A stretch of 64,000 nucleotides of DNA from Polyangiales bacterium (GTDB lineage Bacteria; Myxococcota_A; Polyangia; Polyangiales; Ga0077539), in contig JAXLYJ010000005.1 in NCBI GenBank assembly GCA_046351515.1, positions 178,892 through 242,891 on the forward strand, written 5' to 3'. The notes beneath the pieces were generated by a model. The model was not told the origin of the DNA. It saw only the letters and a program-made list of their open reading frames with translations, and made no database searches. Below are positions 57,051 to 64,000 of the stretch, piece by piece (the first letter of the stretch is position 1; the number at the start of each line of letters is the position of its first letter). Made by a program: the position numbers and the translations under genes.

Positions 57051-57292
57051 GCAGCCACCATCGAGACTTCGATGTGCTCGGCGAGCGACGGATCGACGGC
57101 GAACTCTCCGCCCGAGCCCACGCGAATGTGCATCGGCCCGCCGAACGGAGCGCGACGAAGCACCCGCACCGTCTGTCCTTCGAAGAAGCCCACCGCGCGC
57201 AGCCACTGAAGTTCGTGGCCGTCTCCGTGCAGCGCGCTCACGCGCACGTCCTTCATCAGCCCGGCGTGTGCGAGCGTGAGCTTCTGCGTCAT
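57047..57292 (-). CDS. feoA: Ferrous iron transport protein A (SH3-like)
   Basis: An 81-aa FeoA-like sequence (LAHAGLMKDVRVSALHGDGHELQWLRAVGFFEGQTVRVLRRAPFGGPMHIRVGSGGEFAV). Confidence 0.7.
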   Translation of the reverse strand: MTQKLTLAHAGLMKDVRVSALHGDGHELQWLRAVGFFEGQTVRVLRRAPFGGPMHIRVGSGGEFAVDPSLAEHIEVSMVAA

Positions 57293-57423
57293 CGCAACGA
57301 CTCTACAACTTTGAGAATCATTTTCAAGAACGAACGACCGCTGTGATACTGCTCCCAAATGGCACGGCGGTCACTCGCAACGTTGCGAGCCGCGAGCGCC
57401 CCCGCGCGCGGTTGGCGACGAGC

Positions 57424-58620
57424 TCAGCCCGGGATGATCGTCGGGCAGCCGTAAATGATCTGCACCGAGGCGCCGGCAGCGCCAGCGCGCACTTCGTCGC
57501 AGAGCATTCCGTAGAACACGATCGAGCGTCCGCCCGGCGCGTAGTCCCAGCCGTTGGTGTGCGACGTGTCTCGCGGAATGTACCGCCCCGCGCCGCCCGA
57601 CATCGGCGTGTAGTACACGTTGATGAGGTTGGGGTCGGCGGTCATCGGGTCCACTTGCAGGATGAACTCGCAGGTGGCGGCGCGATCGCGCACCGAGTCG
57701 AGCGCCAGGTTCAGGTCGCGCTCGAACGTCGCGGTCCCGAGCGTGTAGTGGCAGTCGTTGGGCCCGCAGCCCGCAGAGCGCGCGGTCTGTCCGTTGACGG
57801 CGACCGAGGACATGAACGAGGGGACAGCGTCCGGCGTTCCGAGGGCGAAGGTGCGGACGATGGGCATGTTGCGCGCGCCCCGAACGACGGACGCGAGGAT
57901 CACGCCCTGCGCTGCGGACGAGGCAGCCATGATGCAGTTGATGAAGTTGGGATCGAAGGGATTGCACGCGGCCATGCCCGAGCACTCGTCGGTCGGCGCT
58001 CCGTCGGTGATGAGCATGATGTTGCGCGATCCCATGTCCATCAGCCCGCGCATGTAGTCGACCGCTTGCGGCATCGCGCACGCCATGGGCGTGTTGCCGT
58101 TGGGCCTCGCCGCTTGAATCGCCGCGAGCAACGAAGCGCGCGTCTCGCTGAGCGGACGATCGACGCCGATCACGGGCGTGCGATATCCGTCGGCCGTCCC
58201 GGCGTTGGACGAGGCAGGGAAGAACATCAGCCCCACGCGCGCCTGATCTTCGAGCGACATGAGCAGCCGCTGCAGACCTTGCTGCGTCACGCTCCACTTG
58301 CTCTCGCAGCCCGAGCGGCTCGATCCGTCGGCGCACTCGCTCATCGAGCCCGAGCGGTCGACGACCATGAGCAGGTTCATCGGGACGCGCGTCGTCGGAG
58401 TGTTCTGCGTCGCGCAGCCCGCGTCGGGTCCGATCATCGAGGGATCGCGATCGGGCCGTGAGCCTGCGTCGGTATTGCTCACGGAGCCGTCGTTATTTCC
58501 GCCGCCGCCGCCGTCGACGTTGGCGTTGCCTCCGTCCGCGGGGATCAATCGCGGAGGATCACTGCACGCGACGGCAGCGAGAGACGCGACGAGCACAAGA
58601 GAGCGAAGCGCAACGTTCAT
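57424..58620 (-). CDS. von Willebrand factor type A domain lipoprotein
   Basis: Signal plus lipobox LAAVACS. A Gly/Asn/Asp-rich linker. VWA MIDAS motif LLMVVDRSGSM, then ...NIMLITDGAPT. Confidence 0.7.
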   Translation of the reverse strand: MNVALRSLVLVASLAAVACSDPPRLIPADGGNANVDGGGGGNNDGSVSNTDAGSRPDRDPSMIGPDAGCATQNTPTTRVPMNLLMVVDRSGSMSECADGSSRSGCESKWSVTQQGLQRLLMSLEDQARVGLMFFPASSNAGTADGYRTPVIGVDRPLSETRASLLAAIQAARPNGNTPMACAMPQAVDYMRGLMDMGSRNIMLITDGAPTDECSGMAACNPFDPNFINCIMAASSAAQGVILASVVRGARNMPIVRTFALGTPDAVPSFMSSVAVNGQTARSAGCGPNDCHYTLGTATFERDLNLALDSVRDRAATCEFILQVDPMTADPNLINVYYTPMSGGAGRYIPRDTSHTNGWDYAPGGRSIVFYGMLCDEVRAGAAGASVQIIYGCPTIIPG

Positions 58621-58715
58621 GGTGGTGGGCGCGAATTGTACCTGGAGCGCGATCGCTGGCTACAGCGCACAACCGCGTGCTGCCCACGCGAATCGCGGTA
58701 TTATGTACTCCACCC

Positions 58716-59255
58716 ATGAGACCCCTACGCTTCGCGCTGCTGCCGCTGTTCGCGCTCGCTTCGGGCTGCGCTCCGATCGGCTTCGACATTCCGAAGACGC
58801 TCGATGAACAACGAGTGACGGGAGACCCCGTCGCCAACGCCGCCGGTCAGGCTTTGCCCGCGGGGACGCTCGCGCCGATCACGTTCTCTGTGGACCTGAC
58901 CGCAGAGAGCAACAGTCGTCGCGTTCCCATCGGGCGAGTGCTGCTCAAATCGATGTCGTTCAGCATCACACCGACCGCTGAACCCGCAGGAGACACCGAC
59001 GACTTCTCGTTTATCCGAACGATGAACGTCTACTTCGAGTGCACCGGCGCCGGCTGCACGTTGCCGCGCGTCCTGGTCGCGAGCGTGACCAACCCGAGCA
59101 CCATCCGCACGCTGCCGTTCACCATCACGCCGAACGTGAACGTGAAGCCGTACATCGACGCGGGCGTTCGCGTGGTGATCGAAGCGGACGCGATCCCGCC
59201 GCCCGACGACACGACCTTCAACGGCGTGGTCGTCCTGCGCGTCGAGCCGATCTGA
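58716..59255 (+). CDS. Lipoprotein of unknown function
   Basis: MRPLRFALLPLFALASGC lipoprotein signal. A 179-aa product, divergent from the VWA lipoprotein. Confidence 0.55.
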   Translation: MRPLRFALLPLFALASGCAPIGFDIPKTLDEQRVTGDPVANAAGQALPAGTLAPITFSVDLTAESNSRRVPIGRVLLKSMSFSITPTAEPAGDTDDFSFIRTMNVYFECTGAGCTLPRVLVASVTNPSTIRTLPFTITPNVNVKPYIDAGVRVVIEADAIPPPDDTTFNGVVVLRVEPI

Positions 59256-60981
59256 CCGTCGCGCCCGCGACGAACACCGCCAGCGCCCAGCGCCACCCGC
59301 TCGTCCGCGCGCTGTCTGCGCCGACGCTCACGCGGCACCCGCAACCTCCCATCACCGGCGGAACGTCCCCTCCGCCCGCGCCCGCCTCGCGCCTCGCGCT
59401 CGCGTCGCGCGTCGCGATCGCGCCATCGTCCACGGCGGCGTCTTGAATTGTGGTGCCGCCATCGCCGCCGGCGCTCAACCGCAGCACGATCGTCTCGTCC
59501 GTGGGGCCGCCGTTGGCCATATCCGAGAACCACCCGCCCACGTCGTCGACGAGGTTGAGGTTCTCCGTGAAATCGCCGCCCGAAAGCGGGGCGTGCACGT
59601 CGAACGCGAACGTGTAGCTCTCGCCTCGCGCGACGGTGCGCGAGACCGACGCGACGCGCGCGGGGCTCGTCCACGTGAGGTCTGCGATGGGGCTCTCGTG
59701 CTCGCGCGCGTTGGCCGTCGCGAGAAACGTGCGGCCCGCGGTCCACGACTGCGTTCCGGTGTTGCGCAGCTCGAGCTCACACGCGCGCGTCGCGCCAGGG
59801 GCGATCGCCGCCGCGGTCGAGCAGGTGTTGCGAAGCACCTGCGCGGCGAACGGAGCGCCGCCGACGCGCACGCGAATCTGCAGTTGGTTGTCCGGCGGTC
59901 CGCCCTGGCCCGGGTCGCTGAACCAGCCGATCCCCGTGTGAATCAGCCCGAAGTACTGCGAGTAATCGCCGGGCGTCATCGGCGCGCGGAGGGTGAACGC
60001 GAAGCGCGCCGAAGCTCCCATCGCGGTGCTCGCGCTCACCGTCGCGGGTCGGTTGTTCGCGATCCACGTCGGGTGCGCCAGCGGGCTCGCTCCGTCGCGG
60101 GGCTGCGTCGTCGCGAGCATCGTCGTGCCTGCGATCCATGTCTGTGTCCCCGTGTTGCGCAGCTCGATGAATCCCGCGAGCTCTTGGCCCGGCGTCATTT
60201 CGATCGCGGTCGCCGCGGTGGCGAAGCTCTGCGAGACGAACTGCGCGCGCAGCTGCGGGTCGGTCGTCATGGGCATGCCGCACACTCGACCGATGCGAAA
60301 TCCCTCGGCGGGAGAGCGCTCGAGCCGCGCTTGCGTCATCGGTCCCCAAGCGCCGTCCTCGGCGATGCGGTCTGCGGGGTTGTTCGCGTTCCACAAGCGT
60401 TGAAACGCGCGGACGGACATCGCGCGAAAGTCTGCTCCTGGGCCGTCGAAGTGCACCGGATCGTTGCTCGGGTACGATTGCGCAAACCCGTTTGCCACGA
60501 GCGCCGCCCGCGCCGTCGCGTAGTTGTCGACGTCCACCGCGCGCCCCGTCTCGTGATTCGAGCTTCCCGGAACGGCCACCAGCCCGCACCCCGCCGCCGT
60601 GTACAAGAGCCACTGCTCGACCAGCGTGCGAAAGCCCGAGTTGATCCTCAGCGGCGTCGTCGCTGCCGCGCGAACGAGCCCGTCCCGCGCGGCCGGCGAG
60701 AGCACGGGGTGTACGCGCGGATTGGTCAGCGTAATCCCAGGGGATCCTGCGTAGGACACGAGCCCGCCGCCCGCGAGGCACAGCAGCTCATCGAGCAGCT
60801 GCGCGCTCAACCCTTCGGCGCCCGCCGTCGAGCACCCAGGCTGTCCTCGCAGCGTCCCCACCGCGACCTCGCTCACCGCTTGTCCGCTTCCGTCGTCCAC
60901 GTTCGGCGCGCACGAGAGCAGCGCAGCGGTCGCGACGACCCACGAAGAACCCGCTCGAACGACGCCGACCGCTCGCTTCAT
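59218..60981 (-). CDS. Peptidase M15 (VanY/D-Ala-D-Ala carboxypeptidase-like) + two beta-sandwich repeats + MYXO-CTERM sorting tail
   Basis: Signal peptide. M15 motifs RINSGFRT...SSNHETGRAVDVD. Two roughly 100-aa repeats (ELRNTGTQ[TS]W.AG.T.LAT...). C-terminal GGCGCRVSVG...WRWALAVFVAGATVRSARRAGRPRR. Confidence 0.7.
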   Translation of the reverse strand: MKRAVGVVRAGSSWVVATAALLSCAPNVDDGSGQAVSEVAVGTLRGQPGCSTAGAEGLSAQLLDELLCLAGGGLVSYAGSPGITLTNPRVHPVLSPAARDGLVRAAATTPLRINSGFRTLVEQWLLYTAAGCGLVAVPGSSNHETGRAVDVDNYATARAALVANGFAQSYPSNDPVHFDGPGADFRAMSVRAFQRLWNANNPADRIAEDGAWGPMTQARLERSPAEGFRIGRVCGMPMTTDPQLRAQFVSQSFATAATAIEMTPGQELAGFIELRNTGTQTWIAGTTMLATTQPRDGASPLAHPTWIANNRPATVSASTAMGASARFAFTLRAPMTPGDYSQYFGLIHTGIGWFSDPGQGGPPDNQLQIRVRVGGAPFAAQVLRNTCSTAAAIAPGATRACELELRNTGTQSWTAGRTFLATANAREHESPIADLTWTSPARVASVSRTVARGESYTFAFDVHAPLSGGDFTENLNLVDDVGGWFSDMANGGPTDETIVLRLSAGGDGGTTIQDAAVDDGAIATRDASARREAGAGGGDVPPVMGGCGCRVSVGADSARTSGWRWALAVFVAGATVRSARRAGRPRR

Positions 60982-61023
60982 TCGCGAGCGACGATACCGT
61001 TTTGCGCTGCAAATTCACAGCGA

Positions 61024-62094
61024 CTACAGCAGCCGTTCGCGATCGCCCGCCCGCTCGAGCAGCACCGTCGCGAGCGCCACCATCACCAGTCGAATCGGGT
61101 CCATCGGACCCGCGAGGCGCAACACCCCGAAGCCAGCGAACAGCACCAAGAGCCAGCCCAGCGAGCGCCGCGCGCCCGCTCCGTTGTCGAAGCCGATCGA
61201 CGCCGTCGAGAGCGCCGCCGTCCCGAGCAAGAGCGTCGGCGCGATCGAATATCCCAGCAGCGCGAGGCGACCGACGACGGACTCAGCGTCGTTGCTCACC
61301 AGGTCGAAGCGCGCTCCAAACGTCGTGCGCGCGAGCACCGCGGAGGCCGCCGCGGGCACCATCACGATCATCGCCACGATGATCGCCAGCAGCGCCGCTG
61401 GAAACGGCAGAAACAACTTCGTCCGCTCGGCGCCCACCGCTCGCGTCCCCGCGCGATACGCCCACAGCGTGGCGGCGACCGAGCCGAGCAGCGTGCACAG
61501 CTCCGCGCCGCGACCGAGCCACGCCATCGTCACCGCGCCGCTTCCCGCAGGAGGCAACATCGCTTGCGCGGGCGCGTACGACAGCTCGATCAGCTCGCCG
61601 ATGAGCAGAAGCGCGAACGCGATTCGCGCCGATGCGAACGCGCCCGGACGCGCCGCGCCGAGCACCAACGAGAACGCCGCGGTCGTGCCTGCGCCGATCA
61701 ACCCTGCCCACTGGATGCTCGAGCGAGGCTCGCCGAAGAGCGCAGCGAACACGAGCAGCGCCACCGGCAGCGCGACGAGCGCGCGCACGGCGTGGATGAT
61801 CCGCGTCGAGCCCGAGGAGGAGCGCGCGGCGCGCACGAGCGTTCCGACGAGGGCAAGCGCCGCGAGGACCGCGCCGAACACGCCTGCGAAGGTGGCGGTC
61901 TGCAGCATCCACGGTCGCGTCGCGGTGATGTTGGCCAACGGCCGCGCGAGGATGAACCAGACGAACAGCGCCGCGAGCGCGGTACCAGCAGGAAACGTAG
62001 ACCCCTCGTCTTGCTCAGCCGGCTCGCTCGTGGCGTCCGCCGGCGATCGGTACACAGCGTCGTCGGTCACAGTTGCAGCTACCGTAGCACGCAA
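61024..62094 (-). CDS. Polytopic integral membrane protein of unknown function
   Basis: About 9 hydrophobic helices are predicted by eye. No catalytic motifs were recognised. Confidence 0.5.
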   Translation of the reverse strand: MRATVAATVTDDAVYRSPADATSEPAEQDEGSTFPAGTALAALFVWFILARPLANITATRPWMLQTATFAGVFGAVLAALALVGTLVRAARSSSGSTRIIHAVRALVALPVALLVFAALFGEPRSSIQWAGLIGAGTTAAFSLVLGAARPGAFASARIAFALLLIGELIELSYAPAQAMLPPAGSGAVTMAWLGRGAELCTLLGSVAATLWAYRAGTRAVGAERTKLFLPFPAALLAIIVAMIVMVPAAASAVLARTTFGARFDLVSNDAESVVGRLALLGYSIAPTLLLGTAALSTASIGFDNGAGARRSLGWLLVLFAGFGVLRLAGPMDPIRLVMVALATVLLERAGDRERLL

Positions 62095-62127
62095 CGGCGA
62101 TCACCATCGCCCTCACGAGCCCGAGGG

Positions 62128-63615
62128 CTATCCGCTCGTTCGCTCGCGGGCGCGCCGCAGGTACGTCCGGGCCACTTGCTCGGGATCGACCCGCAACTGC
62201 CTCGCGAGCTCGAGCACAAAGCCCCGCAAATACACCGCGGGAGGAAGGCTCTCGTACGCTTCTTCTTCGATCGCGTTCAGGCTCGAGAGAGGGATCTTGG
62301 TGCGCGCAGAGAGCTCGCGCAGCTCGACGCCTCGCGCCTCGCGCACCGCGCGAAGCAGCGCTCCGCTGAACTCGGTGTCCGGCGCGATCTCGGGCATCGG
62401 CGGCAGCTCGATGGGCTCGGGCGAGGGCGAAGGCTCGGGCGTCGTCCCGCCGAACACGCGATCCGGCAGCGTGATGCTCAGGTCGTACGGCCTTCGTCGC
62501 ACTGGGTCGAGCAGGACGTCGCGCGCCTCCTCGACGCGCGAGAGCGCAGACTCGCGGAGCTCTTCTGAGCACAGTCCCGCCGCGGCGAGCGACTCGGTCG
62601 CGTACAAATCCCGCATCCTTCGCACGGCGCGGCGGACTTCTTCATCGGTCGCGCCGCGGTCGAGCAAGAGCGTCTCGTAGTGCGACGGCGCCGCGGGCTC
62701 GACCGGCGCTCGCTCGACGCGCTGATCGGGCGACGGCTCGACGGCCGAGTGCGCGGCCGCGAGCCTGCGCGCGAGCCGCTCGATGTTGCGCGAGGCCTTC
62801 GCGCCGGGCGAGTCGACGAGCAACGGACGACGCTTGCGCGCCGCGAGGCTGACGGCTTCGTCGTACTCGATGTGCCCGAGAAAATTCAGCTCGATCCCCA
62901 GTCGTTGCCGGGACAGGACGCTCATCGACTCGCCGAGCTCGAGGTCCACGCGCGAGCGCGAGGCGTTGACGATGAACCACGGTCGCAGGTCGTGCAGCGC
63001 GGCCCACACGCTCGTGGCGACCGCGGGCTCTGCGGCGGCGATCGCCCGCGCCAGGTCGATCGGAGCAGGCGGCGCTCCCTCGCGCTCGATCGTCGAGCGA
63101 AGGACGTCGAGCGCAGGCGGAGACGTCTTGAGCGCGTGCGACAGCGATCGCGCGTACGCGTGGCGAATCCAGCGGTAGATCGCTTCGACCGACGACGGCT
63201 CGGGAAGCGCCACGAGCAGCGCAGCGTCGACGTCGAGCATCGCGTCGATGAGCGCTGAGCTCGTCCCGGGCCCGAGGTCCAGCACGACGTGATCGGCGCC
63301 CGATTGCGCGGCGATCTCGCGCGGGCGCTTGAGGGTGACGCCTGGCACCGTTCCGGTCTCGCTGAACGCGCTGAGCAAGCGCACGTTGGGGACGACGGTC
63401 TCTCTTCCGCGAGCGTCTTGCGCGGCCATCGCCCACGGCTGTTGGTGCATCGGCGGCGCGGCGCAGCCGAAGCTCGTGCCGAGCTGTGGGGCGTTGGGAT
63501 GACCGTCGACGACGAGGACGCGCTTTCCGAGCTGCGCGAGATAGACGGCGATTCCTGCGGCGGCGAGCGAGCGACCAGCGCCGCCTTTGCCACCTCCGAC
63601 TGCGATGACGGTCAT
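62128..63615 (-). CDS. ParA/MinD-family P-loop ATPase fused to a RodZ-type helix-turn-helix domain
   Basis: Deviant Walker A MTVIAVGGGKGGAGRS at the N-terminus (start 63615). ParA fold through about residue 300. Degenerate J-like helix YETLLLDRGATDEEVRRAVRRM. C-terminal HTH LRELSARTKIPLSSLNAIEEEAYESLPPAVYLRGF. Confidence 0.7.
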   Translation of the reverse strand: MTVIAVGGGKGGAGRSLAAAGIAVYLAQLGKRVLVVDGHPNAPQLGTSFGCAAPPMHQQPWAMAAQDARGRETVVPNVRLLSAFSETGTVPGVTLKRPREIAAQSGADHVVLDLGPGTSSALIDAMLDVDAALLVALPEPSSVEAIYRWIRHAYARSLSHALKTSPPALDVLRSTIEREGAPPAPIDLARAIAAAEPAVATSVWAALHDLRPWFIVNASRSRVDLELGESMSVLSRQRLGIELNFLGHIEYDEAVSLAARKRRPLLVDSPGAKASRNIERLARRLAAAHSAVEPSPDQRVERAPVEPAAPSHYETLLLDRGATDEEVRRAVRRMRDLYATESLAAAGLCSEELRESALSRVEEARDVLLDPVRRRPYDLSITLPDRVFGGTTPEPSPSPEPIELPPMPEIAPDTEFSGALLRAVREARGVELRELSARTKIPLSSLNAIEEEAYESLPPAVYLRGFVLELARQLRVDPEQVARTYLRRARERTSG

Positions 63616-63653
63616 GCGTTGCGGCGGGAGGTATACCGCATCGCGCCGCGCGT

Positions 63654-64000
63654 TCAGTCCTCGTCGTGATCGAGCGCGAGCGCCTCGTGCGCGTAGCTCG
63701 CGTGCTCCCAGAGCTGCGCGAGCTCTTTTGCGCCCGGGAGCGTCGCGAGAAACGGCTCCCACTCGCGCGGCCGCGACGGAGTAAACGCCAGCGCGAGCAC
63801 CGGCGACCAGCGAGGGCGCGAGGGCTTGCGGAGCAGCTTCATCCCCGATTCGGCGGGCGTTCGTCCGCCCTTCTCGAGGTTGCACACGCGGCACGAGCAC
63901 ACGATGTTCTCCCAGCTCGTGGGGCCGCCGCGTGATCGCGGCATGACGTGATCGAGGTTCAAGTCCCTCGCGCTCGAACGCTTGCCGCAGTACTGACAGG
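63654..64000 (-). CDS. HNH endonuclease (partial; N-terminus lies beyond the window end)
   Basis: The frame continues to the window edge as CQYCGKRSSARDLNLDHVMPRSRGGPTSWENIVCSCRVCNLEKG, the HNH beta-beta-alpha-metal motif with Cys pairs. Confidence 0.65.
   Translation of the reverse strand, partial: CQYCGKRSSARDLNLDHVMPRSRGGPTSWENIVCSCRVCNLEKGGRTPAESGMKLLRKPSRPRWSPVLALAFTPSRPREWEPFLATLPGAKELAQLWEHASYAHEALALDHDED

Noticed and set aside
1-64000. CRISPR arrays, rRNA/tRNA genes, transposases/integrases
   Set aside because: I searched by eye for regularly spaced direct repeats, TPsiC-arm motifs and DDE/tyrosine-recombinase motifs. None were found. The only tandem repeats are short in-frame coding microsatellites at 22688-22723 and 29271-29297.

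Overview
This 64 kb window has about 70% GC and carries several Myxococcota hallmarks: a MYXO-CTERM sorting tail, Myxococcus cysteine-rich (TIGR02232-like) repeats, MopE-like CxxC..DDNCNG..DEGC motifs, several Hanks-type Ser/Thr kinases, sigma-54 activators and many TPR proteins. It is most likely a myxobacterial chromosome segment; by composition and gene content Sorangiineae or Nannocystineae is plausible, but that is inference. Coding density is high and genes sit on both strands. I found no rRNA, tRNA, CRISPR array, transposase or integrase.

Recognisable housekeeping and envelope genes are BamD; a thiamine-pyrophosphate enzyme; a TolC-like outer-membrane factor; pyruvate kinase overlapping a PAS/GAF hybrid histidine kinase; the FtsE-FtsX-M23 (EnvC-like) division module; prepilin peptidase PilD; PrmA and RsmE; BioA; an NtrC-type regulator with its sensor kinase; a beta-carbonic anhydrase divergent from a SulP transporter; Era and Der GTPases; an amidase; a formylglycine-generating-enzyme (FGE)-family protein; FeoAB; three TetR regulators; and a divergent glycoside hydrolase family 1 (GH1) gene.

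The most unusual loci are listed below.
- An 875-aa protein combining an N-terminal type II secretion GspE-N (MshEN-like, putative c-di-GMP-binding) domain, a GAF-like domain and C-terminal HEAT repeats (28714-31341).
- A TPR-AAA+ ATPase followed by two TPR proteins, directly downstream of era-der (46954-50203).
- Two tandem bitopic membrane paralogs with a convergent, abutting pair: an unknown protein overlapping a PP2C phosphatase (4066-7390).
- PilD carrying an acidic insert encoded by a (GTCTTC)6 microsatellite (22688-22723).
- A surface cluster of a VWA lipoprotein and an M15 peptidase with a MYXO-CTERM tail (57424-60981).
- A ParA/MinD-like ATPase fused to a RodZ-type HTH, next to a truncated HNH nuclease at the window edge (62128-64000).

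All start codons were inferred by eye from signal peptides, ribosome-binding sites and 4-bp stop/start overlaps, so they are approximate. Many long ORFs in the supplied track are GC-driven antisense artefacts; the 1865-aa ORF at 42748-48345 is one example.
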